From assembly GCA_029258795.1 (NCBI GenBank), contig JAPDKB010000009.1, positions 40,677-104,676 on the forward strand: a DNA stretch of 64,000 nt, written 5' to 3'. The DNA is from an archaeon (GTDB lineage: Archaea; EX4484-52; WAPT01). Below are positions 19,553-29,282 of this stretch, one piece after another (the first letter of the stretch is position 1; every line of letters starts with the position of its first letter). Under the pieces are notes generated by a model. That model was given only the letters and a program-made list of their open reading frames with translations. It was not told the origin of the DNA and ran no database searches. A program made the translations under genes and the position numbers.

Positions 19553-19722
19553 GTGAAATGCAAAAATGATTGGTGGAATAATTTTTTAACTTTTTGGAGC
19601 TGCACGGAATTGAAAGAAATATGTGAAAATAATAAGGTTGTATTTCGAAATTTCATTACTTCGATCTAATTAATCATCATGTGATGATAAAATTTAAAAA
19701 ATTAAAGTATAAATATAATTGC

Positions 19723-20385
19723 ATGACATATTATTCTTGGATCGGATATAATCGAAAGTTTGAAAAGGTATCGAAAAGCATAAATAGAACGTTAGAAATT
19801 TGGAATTTTATAGAAAAATTGGAAAAATCTGGTGTTTCATCTGAAGAAATTAGAGAAATTAAGGAGTTAGCCAAACTATATGAAGAAATTGAAACTGAAG
19901 CCGAGGAACTTAGAACTAAATTTTATGAGACTGTGGAGGAGTGGGGCTTATATTTGGGAGGTATCCGCTATATTCCTTCATATGATTCCTTGTGGTTTGA
20001 GATTTGGTCAGAACAAAACGCACACAACCCCAGTACGTTGGTTCCTCTGTATGACGTTTTAAGGCAAAAGGAATTATACCATGATGAGGAAACAGGTGTC
20101 AGGAAAGGTTTGGGTCATGTGAATCCCATTAGCGATGGTTATCTAGGATGGTGGAAATTCATACACGAAGTGATAAGGAATGGATACGATGGTAACAAAA
20201 AGGACATAGAAATTGTGAGAGAATTTTTCCAAAAAAATCCAGATTTCAATGAAAAATTCAAAACACAAAGATATGGGAGCGGGTGGAGCCCACATACTTC
20301 GTTCATATTTGACTTACCTTTGGAGTTAGAGGAACCTGTGAAGAATCATTTTGAGAGTGTAGATAAGTATCTCGAGAAATCTTAA
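19723..20385 (+). CDS. hypothetical protein, AT-rich
   Basis: Long ORF (track start 19681); TTTAAAAA box ~25 nt upstream of ATG 19723; no recognised motif. Confidence 0.65.
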   Translation: MTYYSWIGYNRKFEKVSKSINRTLEIWNFIEKLEKSGVSSEEIREIKELAKLYEEIETEAEELRTKFYETVEEWGLYLGGIRYIPSYDSLWFEIWSEQNAHNPSTLVPLYDVLRQKELYHDEETGVRKGLGHVNPISDGYLGWWKFIHEVIRNGYDGNKKDIEIVREFFQKNPDFNEKFKTQRYGSGWSPHTSFIFDLPLELEEPVKNHFESVDKYLEKS

Positions 20386-20419
20386 ACACAATTTAAATTT
20401 TTGAAAAATTTCCTTTCTA

Positions 20420-22042
20420 TCAGAACAGCTCAACCTTCTCAATCTTTCTTAGAAGGATCTCAGGTCTCTTTATTTCATGTCCCTCCTCCAGCTTTCTTCC
20501 ACACAGTTTCCAGCTAATCTCGTTTATGTTCATGATGTCAAGCGCTTTTCCACATGTGTGGGGTATAACTGGGTAGAGCATCAGGCATATGTCCTTAGCG
20601 AGGTTTAGAGAGTGAGATAGCACCTTATGTGCCATCTTTTTATCTTCCTTCACGAGCTTCCACGGCTCGTGCTGCTGGAAGTAGGAGTTACCTATTGAAG
20701 CCAGCTTATCTATGGTCTCTACAGCACCTTTAATGTTCCACTTTTCATAACTTTCCCTCGCTTTTTCAATAAGTCCCATTACTTCCCTGAACTCCTCCTG
20801 TTCGTACGTCTCCACTCCTATCGTTTTACCCTCAAAATTCTTGTGAAGGAAGCTCAACACACGATAAACGAAGTTAATCATGTTACCCACAAGCACGTTG
20901 TTTATGGCAGCCATGAAAGCTTCCCTGCTCAGATCTATGTCCGTTATGTTATTTGATGTGTGGTAAGCAAAATAAAACCTCAGATATTCCGGATTCCCAA
21001 CCTTTTCCAGATAATCCTTGGCGGTTATGAAGGTGCCCCTGCTTTTACTCATCTTTTCTCCTTCAACCGTAAGGAAACCGTGAGTGTGAAGGTAATCTGG
21101 CAGTCTAAAGCCAGATGCCATCAGCATGGCAGGCCAGAAGAGGTAATGGAAATAGATTATATCCTTTCCTATCACATGCACAATTGAATGGCTTTCACCT
21201 TTCCATATTTTTTTCCAATCACACCCAGCTTTTTTGCAGTAGTTTGCGGTTGAGGCAATGTATCCTATTGGCGCGTCCCACCACACGTAAAAATACTTGT
21301 TTTCCTCCTCCGGAATCTTGAATCCGAAGTAAGGTCCATCTCTCGATATGCACCAGTCCTCAAGCCCCTTTTCCAACCATTCCTTGATGTAGTTCTTGAC
21401 CTCTTCTTGGAGGGGGGCTTCCTCCATCCAGTGCTTTAGCTTCTCCTCAAACGCGCTGAGCTTGAAGAAATAATGCTTGCTTTTTTTCACCACAGGCATG
21501 CTTCCACATATTGCGCATCTCGGGTTTTTGAGGTTGAAGGGCGTGTATGTTGCACCACACTTTTCACACACATCCCCGTACTGGTCTTCTGCTCCACACT
21601 TAGGACATGTGCCCTTAACATACCTGTCCGGCAGAAATCTCTCGCATTTCTCACAGTAAAGAAGCTCTACTTCCTTCGTGTAAATGTATCCCTTTTCCCT
21701 TGCATTTTCAAACATCTCTACCGCTATCTTTTCATTCTCATCGCTGTGTGTGATGTGGTAGTTGTCAACGCTTATCATGAACTCGTCCAGCACCTTTTTG
21801 AACTTCTCATGGTTTTCCATCACGAAGCTCAGCGGGTCTTTTCCCGCTTTTCTCGCGTTGATTTCTATGGGGGTGCCGTGCGCATCTGTAGCACAAACAT
21901 AAATGACGCGCTTCCCAACCATTCTGTAGAACCTAGCTATTATGTCTGTTATTATGAACTCGTACAAGTGACCGAAGTGCGGTTCGCCATTTCCGTAGGG
22001 AAGAGCCGATGTCATGAGCAAGTTTTCTTTGAGTTTCATCAC
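20420..22042 (-). CDS. metG: methionyl-tRNA synthetase, short form without C-terminal tRNA-binding domain
   Basis: TSALPYGNGEPHFGH (HIGH-like), zinc knuckles, YVWWDAPIGY, KMSKSRG. Confidence 0.96.
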   Translation of the reverse strand: MMKLKENLLMTSALPYGNGEPHFGHLYEFIITDIIARFYRMVGKRVIYVCATDAHGTPIEINARKAGKDPLSFVMENHEKFKKVLDEFMISVDNYHITHSDENEKIAVEMFENAREKGYIYTKEVELLYCEKCERFLPDRYVKGTCPKCGAEDQYGDVCEKCGATYTPFNLKNPRCAICGSMPVVKKSKHYFFKLSAFEEKLKHWMEEAPLQEEVKNYIKEWLEKGLEDWCISRDGPYFGFKIPEEENKYFYVWWDAPIGYIASTANYCKKAGCDWKKIWKGESHSIVHVIGKDIIYFHYLFWPAMLMASGFRLPDYLHTHGFLTVEGEKMSKSRGTFITAKDYLEKVGNPEYLRFYFAYHTSNNITDIDLSREAFMAAINNVLVGNMINFVYRVLSFLHKNFEGKTIGVETYEQEEFREVMGLIEKARESYEKWNIKGAVETIDKLASIGNSYFQQHEPWKLVKEDKKMAHKVLSHSLNLAKDICLMLYPVIPHTCGKALDIMNINEISWKLCGRKLEEGHEIKRPEILLRKIEKVELF

Positions 22043-23204
22043 CCTTCACCAGAGTTTTTCTTGTGGTTGTGGCAACATCTTTTATGAATGATTCGGCACT
22101 TTTTAATATGTTTTCTACCTTGTTCAGGGAGCGCACACCCTTTGGCAGGAAAGATGGTTTGTTTATCTCCCCGTTTTCCATCAACATCTTCACCACTTCA
22201 AAATATTGGTGCGTGACTCTTCCGGCATAAAGCACGTGTAATGATTTCCCTTTCTTTGCAACTTTTTGAATCTCCATGAAACCCTTGAGGTAAAGGTAAT
22301 CTTTGGTGAATCCGCCCCCTCTGAAGCTCCTGAAGGTTAGAGTCCATGCCATCTCATCATCAAACCCCCATTCCTTCATTTTATGAAAAACTTCGGAAAA
22401 ACTCAGCCCTTCAAGCATGTAATGGATGCTCAGAACACGACCGGCATAATCTCTCAGCTTGTCGCTCTCTAACATACCCGTGAGCTTTTCCATGTACACA
22501 GCCAGACCCTCTTCCGTTTCTGTGTTGCGCGGAAATCCGGAAAGAAATATATCAAGTGGTTGGGTATGGCCATTCTGCGCTCTTAAGACATGCACACCTA
22601 TTTCATGCACAACAAGCCGTTTCATTTCATTCCTGCTAAATGTTCTGTTGGCAGGAACCAGAATTTTCCTTTCGATGGGCATGACTGTGGTCAGAGTTTT
22701 GGTGGAATATTCAACCACCCATCCCTTTATACCATAGCTTTCCAGCGCCTTTTCAAACACGGCTTTTGCTTCACGCTCCGTCATTCCCGCAACTTGTGTT
22801 TTTCTTTTGCTTCCCTTATAGCGTTTGAGGATTCTTTCCGCTTCACCGATCAAGCTTGAGGATGGTCTTCCATAAACTTTCAAACTGTACTCGATCACCT
22901 CATCTTTTCCTCTGTTGGCTATTATGTGCGCAATGTTTGCAAGCTCTTCAACCTTCTGGTGGTAGAGATCATAAAGCTCGCCTTCAGGAATTTGGAGGGA
23001 TGCAAGACTTTTCGCAATCTCCTTTGGGCTGAAAAAAACCACAGGGTAACGAAATTTCGGTTCCTTACCTTCACGAAAGAACCTTTCCTTCTCTTCTTTT
23101 AAATTGACAGGTTCTATTGCTCGAAGCACACCCACACTCAATTTTCTGTGTTCCTTCAATGCCAAATCAACCGCCCTGTACTTCTCAACCACACTGCCCT
23201 TCAT
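21933..23204 (-). CDS. DUF1704/MATCAP-like (QEGLA-motif) metallo-carboxypeptidase
   Basis: HEIGVH..R..NG, TEEGLA, R.FRGGGFTKDYLYLKG. Confidence 0.8.
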   Translation of the reverse strand: MKGSVVEKYRAVDLALKEHRKLSVGVLRAIEPVNLKEEKERFFREGKEPKFRYPVVFFSPKEIAKSLASLQIPEGELYDLYHQKVEELANIAHIIANRGKDEVIEYSLKVYGRPSSSLIGEAERILKRYKGSKRKTQVAGMTEREAKAVFEKALESYGIKGWVVEYSTKTLTTVMPIERKILVPANRTFSRNEMKRLVVHEIGVHVLRAQNGHTQPLDIFLSGFPRNTETEEGLAVYMEKLTGMLESDKLRDYAGRVLSIHYMLEGLSFSEVFHKMKEWGFDDEMAWTLTFRSFRGGGFTKDYLYLKGFMEIQKVAKKGKSLHVLYAGRVTHQYFEVVKMLMENGEINKPSFLPKGVRSLNKVENILKSAESFIKDVATTTRKTLVKGDETQRKLAHDIGSSLRKWRTALRSLVRVHNNRHNS

Positions 23205-23205
23205 T

Positions 23206-23940
23206 CTACTCCCTCACAATTTTCATGAACCTTAGCGCGTCATCATACATCTCGTAGTTGTTGAACATAACGTACGCGCTTTTATCCCCCTTAATTTTCT
23301 CCATAACCTTTTCTTTTAGAATTGCCAGCTCATCATCACTGAACTTGTAGTCGTACATTCTTTTACCAAGCCCGTGAAGCCGGTAATAAATTAGGGCAGT
23401 ATTGTGATAGCTCTCCTGACGGAAAGGGTCTACCGCGTGCTCAACTTTAATATTGGAGAACAAATTTTTTACCACATCTTCTGTCCACACGTTCTGCCAT
23501 CTCACCTCCCACACAAAAATAAAATCATTTCTTTCCACCTCCTCAAAAAACTCCACAACCCTCCTTAGATTTTCCTCCGTCGGTTTGAAGCTTGCAGGCG
23601 TCTGAAACACAATGACCTTTGCTTCAAGAGCTTCCGCCACCTCTTTCACCCTCTCAAAAACATCCAAGCTTTCCCTTCCGAATTTGAGCTTGTGCGTTAT
23701 GTCCTGATGTGTTTTGACCGTGAACTCAAAATCTTCATTGACCTCTCTCGCCTCTTCCTTCCATTTTTCAGCCGTGCTCACCTTTGGTATGCGATAAAAG
23801 GTGGAGTTGACCTCCACAACATCAAAAAGCGAAGCATACGCCTGCAGCGTGCTCTTATATCTCTCCTTCCAGTTCTCATCAACAAACCTCTTGGGGTTAA
23901 AGAATCCCCAGCCACAACATCCTACTTTAATTTTCCCCAT
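23206..23940 (-). CDS. DUF72 family protein
   Basis: VGCCGW, VEVNSTFY, QTPASF, YYRLHG, YVMFNN. Confidence 0.9.
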   Translation of the reverse strand: MGKIKVGCCGWGFFNPKRFVDENWKERYKSTLQAYASLFDVVEVNSTFYRIPKVSTAEKWKEEAREVNEDFEFTVKTHQDITHKLKFGRESLDVFERVKEVAEALEAKVIVFQTPASFKPTEENLRRVVEFFEEVERNDFIFVWEVRWQNVWTEDVVKNLFSNIKVEHAVDPFRQESYHNTALIYYRLHGLGKRMYDYKFSDDELAILKEKVMEKIKGDKSAYVMFNNYEMYDDALRFMKIVRE

Positions 23941-23982
23941 AAGAATTGGAAGAGAATCCGAGGTTAAAATAATTTTCCCGAG

Positions 23983-24864
23983 TTAATTTTTGATTTCCCG
24001 TTCAACAAATTCAGCAAGCATTTTGGCTATGTTTTTGTCTGTGGCTTTCATCAAACCTCTTATACCTGGGTTTACATTCACCTCGATGACGTAAGGTGTG
24101 CCTTCATCATCCACTATGATGTCAACGGCCAGAATTCTTGCCTCAAGCGCTTCCGCAGTTTTTATGGCAAGCTCCTTCACATCCTCACTTGGATCATGCG
24201 CTACAGCTCTTCCTCCACTCGAAACGTTTGCCCTTTTTTCCCCTTCCGCTGCCAGCCTTTTCATTGCCGCAGCAACCTCGTAGCCGAGGAGAAGAACTCT
24301 CATGTCCTCTCCTTTGTTTGGTATGAATTCCTGCACCACTATCTCCTGTTTCAACGATTCCATCGAGCTGACCATGGCTTTGAGCTCCTCCTCAGTATTG
24401 GCGAACATCACACCCTTGCCTCCCGAGCCGGATACCAGCTTCACCACCACAGGAAACTCGAGCTTGTTTGTGAGCTTCTCTATGTTTTTGGAGGATTTGA
24501 GAGCGTAAGTGGTGGGCACATTTATGCCATTAGAGCCGAGAACTGTGGTTGTGAGGAATTTATCATGCGCTATTTTAAGCGTCTCAGCGGGGTATGGGTG
24601 TTTTATGCCTAGCACATCAAAAGCTTTAACCACATTATAACCGTGGAGCATGCGCTTTCCATCTATTCTGGGTAGAAAGTAATCAAAGTCGTGCAATAGC
24701 TCTCCGTTTGTTCTGACCTCAACGCCATCAGAGGATGCACACACGATTATGTCATCAAGAGGTACATTCACAACATCGAAAATCTTGTTCATTTCTTCCA
24801 AAATCAACTCAGTGGTTCTGGATTTAGCTCTGGGATGTGTTATCAGAACCTTTCTCTTGCTCAT
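23983..24864 (-). CDS. RimK-family ATP-grasp (alpha-L-glutamate ligase-like)
   Basis: HDKFLT, PVVVKLVSGSGGKGV, QEFI, D.RV, RANVSSGG, AVD, IEVNVNPG. Confidence 0.88.
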   Translation of the reverse strand: MSKRKVLITHPRAKSRTTELILEEMNKIFDVVNVPLDDIIVCASSDGVEVRTNGELLHDFDYFLPRIDGKRMLHGYNVVKAFDVLGIKHPYPAETLKIAHDKFLTTTVLGSNGINVPTTYALKSSKNIEKLTNKLEFPVVVKLVSGSGGKGVMFANTEEELKAMVSSMESLKQEIVVQEFIPNKGEDMRVLLLGYEVAAAMKRLAAEGEKRANVSSGGRAVAHDPSEDVKELAIKTAEALEARILAVDIIVDDEGTPYVIEVNVNPGIRGLMKATDKNIAKMLAEFVEREIKN

Positions 24865-25783
24865 ATTTCCTCTTACCCCCGAGAGTGTATGCTTTAGCCA
24901 CGCTCTTAAACGTGTCCACCATTCTATCTATTAAATTAAGCAGCGTATACCTCCTGTAATGCTCACTGCAACCTTTGTGCAGATAATTTATTAACTCTTG
25001 GGTTATATCCTTGCCGAAATGTTCCTCAAACTTATCAACACGCAGCGATGTCTTTAATTTCTTTATAAGGATGGTGCTGTTTTCAACACTGAGCGATGCC
25101 TGGAAAACACTTGTGTGGAGAGCACTGGAAATTTTTGTCACAACCTCTTTAACTTTATTGGGAGTTTTTCTAAGTGGCTTTCCATTTTTGATGGAGTGAA
25201 TGCGCGTGCCTATGACAAGAACATCAATGTCTTCCACATTTTTTCCTATTTCTTCAATCATTATTGGCTGAGAGAACAGTTCCATCGTGTCCAGAAATGT
25301 TTTGAGTGAGCTCTCAGATTCAAATATTGCGCTCCCTCCCTTTTTCATTTCAGGCATGTAAACCCTGACCGGATACCGAAGCTTCGGAAGCACAGCGTTT
25401 AACGCATCCCTTGATGTTGAAAGATAAATTCCAGAAGGGCTTTCAATTTCCATAATTTCAGCATTCAGCAAAAACGTCATGAACGGGTTTGAAGCATAAC
25501 TTAAATACAAGCTGCTAACGGGCGTGAAAATCCTGTATTTTTCCAGAATGGTGCTGATTGTGTAACCGAAGTTGAGAAGCCTTGGCGGAACCATCAAAAA
25601 CACCACATCAAAATCGAGGAGAGATGCAGATTTATAGTAGGGTAGGAAGTCATCACCATTCTTTTCTATCCTCACCCCTGAAAGTGGGGCATAGAGTACT
25701 TTACCAAACTTGTACTTAGATATCTCGATAAGACGTAGATGGAAATCCTTTTTCTTTTCTGGGCCAAGAATGCAAAGCTTCAT
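24824..25783 (-). CDS. degenerate RimK-like ATP-grasp protein, probably inactive
   Basis: RimK-like N-terminus (MKLCILG...DFDVV), YPVRV and IMIEE elements, but no ExN motif; adjacent to the intact RimK. Confidence 0.55.
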   Translation of the reverse strand: MKLCILGPEKKKDFHLRLIEISKYKFGKVLYAPLSGVRIEKNGDDFLPYYKSASLLDFDVVFLMVPPRLLNFGYTISTILEKYRIFTPVSSLYLSYASNPFMTFLLNAEIMEIESPSGIYLSTSRDALNAVLPKLRYPVRVYMPEMKKGGSAIFESESSLKTFLDTMELFSQPIMIEEIGKNVEDIDVLVIGTRIHSIKNGKPLRKTPNKVKEVVTKISSALHTSVFQASLSVENSTILIKKLKTSLRVDKFEEHFGKDITQELINYLHKGCSEHYRRYTLLNLIDRMVDTFKSVAKAYTLGGKRKYEQEKGSDNTSQS

Positions 25784-25795
25784 ACAACCTCCTCT

Positions 25796-26200
25796 TTACT
25801 TTTTCATATCCTTCAGTTTGTTGGAGAAATGTGTTTTGGTGGTATCTATTATAAAGTTTCCGTGAATTATATCTCTTCCTATCAGCACAGGACACATCAT
25901 GTTGGAACGATCAGCAACGTTGGCATCAACATTGAACTTCCTTCCGTTAATCTCTATTTCAGCAGAATAAATTCCTCGCCTCACATAACCCTGTTCAGTG
26001 GTTTTTGATTTAACCTTAACTTTTTTGTTCTTTTTCTCAAGTCCAAGTTCCTTTGCAATGTTTTTATCTATAGATGTTCTTGTAGCTCCCGTATCGAACA
26101 GTGCAAGAACTTCTTTCTCCCCTTCCCTACCCCTGACCTTGACCTTCGCAACCAGCCCAACTACCTCTTTTTTATGATGTGTATCTTCTTCTTCCATCAC
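25796..26200 (-). CDS. retropepsin-like protease of the RimK-associated (RimB-like) type
   Basis: ALFDTGATRTSID, ADRSNMMCPVLIGRD. Confidence 0.8.
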   Translation of the reverse strand: MMEEEDTHHKKEVVGLVAKVKVRGREGEKEVLALFDTGATRTSIDKNIAKELGLEKKNKKVKVKSKTTEQGYVRRGIYSAEIEINGRKFNVDANVADRSNMMCPVLIGRDIIHGNFIIDTTKTHFSNKLKDMKK

Positions 26201-26259
26201 CCGTGATATTGTGACATGGAGATATTAATTTTTTTCTTTTGTGTGGCATAAATTTCAGC

Positions 26260-27156
26260 ATGGAGGTGTTGGGGTATTATCTTGCTGTTCGGGATGGGAA
26301 AAAGAAAGCGCGGTTTTTGAGCGCGAATCTGGATGAGAAGGTGGAGGAAGCGTTCAGGTTGTTTGAGAAGTGCGAGTTGTGTGAGCATAAATGCAGAGTT
26401 GACAGGATTAAAGGTCAGCTTGGGGTATGCAGAGCCCCTCCTTACATTTTACTGAGCAGCGAATTTTTACATTACGGGGAGGAGAGCTTTCTCGTGCCAT
26501 CCCACACCATTTTCTTCATGGGATGCAACTTTGCATGCGTTTACTGCCAGAACTACACCATCTCCAACTGGCTGGAGCTTGGAGTCAAGCTGAGCGAGGA
26601 GGAGCTTGCAGATATGATCGTGGCGCGGAAGAAGCAGGGTGCAAAAAACGTTAACTTTGTGGGGGGAGAGCCCACACCTTATTTGCCATTCATTCTGAAG
26701 GTGCTCCGGATTCTTAAGGAAAGGGAAGTTAGCGTTCCCGTTGTCTGGAACTCCAACTTTTATATGAGCAGGAAAGCAATGAATTTGCTTAAGGGTGTGG
26801 TTGATCTCTACCTTCCTGATTTTAAGTATGGAAATGATGAATGTGCCCTGCGCTTATCGAAAGTGAGGAATTATTTTGCAACCGTCACAAGAAACTTGAA
26901 GGAAGCGGCAGGAGATGCTGACGTCTGCATAAGACACCTTGTCCTGCCGAATCATTTTGAATGCTGCACAAAGCCGATACTGGAATGGATTGCAAGCAAC
27001 ATAAACGGGAAGAATGTTGTGGTGAACATCATGCCGCAATACAGGCCGGAGTGGAAAGCGCAGGAATATGAGGAGATAAGCCGTCCGTTAAAGGTGGAGG
27101 AGTGGGAAAAAGCGGTGAGGTATGCTGAGGAGCTTGGATTGAATGTTATGGACTAG
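26260..27156 (+). CDS. radical SAM protein, PflX-like
   Basis: CELCEHKC.VDR, HYGEE, GCNFACVYCQN, VGGEPT, PDFKYGN, RHLVLP. Confidence 0.85.
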   Translation: MEVLGYYLAVRDGKKKARFLSANLDEKVEEAFRLFEKCELCEHKCRVDRIKGQLGVCRAPPYILLSSEFLHYGEESFLVPSHTIFFMGCNFACVYCQNYTISNWLELGVKLSEEELADMIVARKKQGAKNVNFVGGEPTPYLPFILKVLRILKEREVSVPVVWNSNFYMSRKAMNLLKGVVDLYLPDFKYGNDECALRLSKVRNYFATVTRNLKEAAGDADVCIRHLVLPNHFECCTKPILEWIASNINGKNVVVNIMPQYRPEWKAQEYEEISRPLKVEEWEKAVRYAEELGLNVMD

Positions 27157-27554
27157 GTTCCAGTAGGAGGCGTCGGAGGGAGTTCAGAACCCAGATAAAA
27201 CAGATGGCTTTTGCATTTGCAGTCCGAGCACCCAAATTTAGGAATTGATTCAAACCTTTCCGCAAGCTTTCCAGCTATTTCACACTCCTCCTTTTTGTTG
27301 CTTTCCTTGATCAGCACATCCACGACTTCAGCATACTCGCTTGCCAGCAGATAATCTATGTGCCAGAAAAGTTTCTTGCCAGTTTTGCGGAGGTGTCTGC
27401 GTACCCTTGCTTCTATTGAGTTCATGGCCGAGCCGACATAGGCATAGTAGCCGGGTTTGAATTCAAGCGTGCCGAGTTTGCCGACTTTTATTTTTGTGGG
27501 AGTGGTGAGTCTGATAATGAGGATGTAAGAACCTTTCATATCGGATTCCTCCAA
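27153..27554 (-). CDS. GIY-YIG/DUF123 (Uri superfamily) nuclease
   Basis: GSYIL, YAYVGSA, WHIDYL, FGCSDCKCKSHL. Confidence 0.85.
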   Translation of the reverse strand: MEESDMKGSYILIIRLTTPTKIKVGKLGTLEFKPGYYAYVGSAMNSIEARVRRHLRKTGKKLFWHIDYLLASEYAEVVDVLIKESNKKEECEIAGKLAERFESIPKFGCSDCKCKSHLFYLGSELPPTPPTGT

Positions 27555-27603
27555 TAATATCCAAATATTGAATTCGTTTTATAAAGATAGTTTTTAAAAC
27601 TCA

Positions 27604-28900
27604 TCATCGGTTTGATCGAGGAAAGTCATTCCATTCCCACAGCGCAGTGCAACTTCTACACTCCATTAAGAACGCACACTTCTTACATTTTTCAGGTAAC
27701 GTCTTAAAATTTCTGTGTTTTTGAAGATACGGGTGTTCCTTCCAGATTTTCTCTATGCTATCGTAGAAGATATTTCCAAGGACAACGCGTGAGGAATCAC
27801 ATAATCTTATACTGCCGTCTGGGCCGATCATACACCAGTTTATGCCACCATCACACTTACCTCCATATTTTTTGACAATATCCCTCAAGCTTGTCATACA
27901 GAAAAACACGGGGGAAGCAAAACCAAAATTTAGACCGTATTCGTTTACTTTCTCGTCAATAATGTTAAGTAGCCAGTCTATTTCTTTTGATGAGAGGGAG
28001 AGGTGTTCTAGATTTTTGAAACCCTCCCCTACTGGCATAAATATTGTAGGGGCGCAATTATCCACACCCCGCTTGGCAGCAAATTCTAAGATTTCAGGAT
28101 AGTCACGATAATTAAGTTTGGTAAGTGTTGTGTTTATCCCAACTTTAATGTCACAATCTATGGCATACTTGACATTCTTCAAAACCTTTTCAAGCGCATT
28201 ACTTCCTGTCATAATCTTGTATTTTTCTCTATTCAAGGTGTGGATGGAAAACTGTATTCTCCCGATTCCGTATGATGCCAATTTCTCAACTTTTTCTCCG
28301 TTAAGAAGTGTGCCATTTGTCACCATCCCTGCCCATAGACCTTTCTCCACAAGGATGTAATGTGCTATTTTCATGAAATCATCTCTGAGCGTCGGCTCAC
28401 CCCCGGTTAGATTTACATTGTATATTTCCTCCTCTACAAGCCTATCCACGAGCTCTTTCACTTTGCTAAAAGAAAGTTCAGTAAGGTGTTGAGAACCAGG
28501 ACCTTTCCACACATTATAGCAGAATATACACCTGTGATTGCAGCGGGATGTAAGCTCAATTCCAACAACATACGGTTTTCTTGGAATTACCTCTCTTTTA
28601 TCTTTCACACCAGTTTTTGATGAAATTTCCAAAATCTCCTCAATCGGCTCTAAGCCTTCTATTTCAACTATTCCCGCAAGAGCTAAAAAACGGAAAACTG
28701 GTTTGAAAGTTTTTTCCATTTCTTCTTTAGACATACCTTTTCTCTTAAAGTACTTGAACGTCTCTTTTAGATTTTCTGTCTCGACAAGCTTTTTCCAGAA
28801 CTCGGCATTCAAACCAAAGAGAGATATCCTTTTTCCTCTGAAAAAAAACAACACACCCGAATTCTTCTTCTCTCCACCTAACTTTGGGATTAATTTTCAT
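27604..28900 (-). CDS. radical SAM/SPASM peptide maturase with N-terminal RRE-like domain; frameshifted at a T8 run (forward A8, 28841-28848)
   Basis: CNHRCIFC, TGGEP, SPASM C..G...C.I.PDG....C...CKKC.....CRSC. The natural N-terminus MKINPKVRWREEEFG starts at 28900, one base out of frame with track ORF 27604-28854. Confidence 0.8.
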
Positions 28901-28935
28901 AACCAACACTTTCACTGTCTTCTAGACACCCAAAT

Positions 28936-29196
28936 CTAATCCTCCAATCCTTCAGAGAAATAATCATCTATTCTACGGTACTTTTTCTCAATTTTTTTAA
29001 GCACTTTTTGTACATCTTCCTTTCCAAAATCAAGATTTATTCCATAAGGGGGAGTGATACAAGCAAGTTTGCAGGAAACTTCATTCTCATGAGTCACACA
29101 AGCAAGTTTGCAAGAGGGTTCAGTAGTATCTATATAAATCGGAGAAAAAATTGAATCGTTCTCTTTATTTTTATTTGGGCTGTCTTTTTCACCCAT
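28936..29196 (-). CDS. candidate RiPP precursor peptide with two SCKLAC(V/I)T cores
   Basis: 86 aa, directly upstream of and co-oriented with the maturase; motif duplicated 13 aa apart; TTTAAATA box ~25 nt upstream. Confidence 0.7.
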   Translation of the reverse strand: MGEKDSPNKNKENDSIFSPIYIDTTEPSCKLACVTHENEVSCKLACITPPYGINLDFGKEDVQKVLKKIEKKYRRIDDYFSEGLED

Positions 29197-29282
29197 ATAA
29201 ACTCGTAATTATTGACGAAAATATTTAAAGTTAACTTGCAGTATTTTCACCTCCACGAAATTACACCGATGAGTAGTTTCTA

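Noticed and set aside
19343-19656. ORFs spanning tRNA-Val
   Set aside because: Explained by the tRNA and its intron.
26260-27156. PflX-like and SplB-like (30426-31229) radical SAM genes as part of the RiPP pathway
   Set aside because: Widespread stand-alone families without SPASM or RRE; the PflX-like gene is on the opposite strand and both are separated from the pair by unrelated genes.
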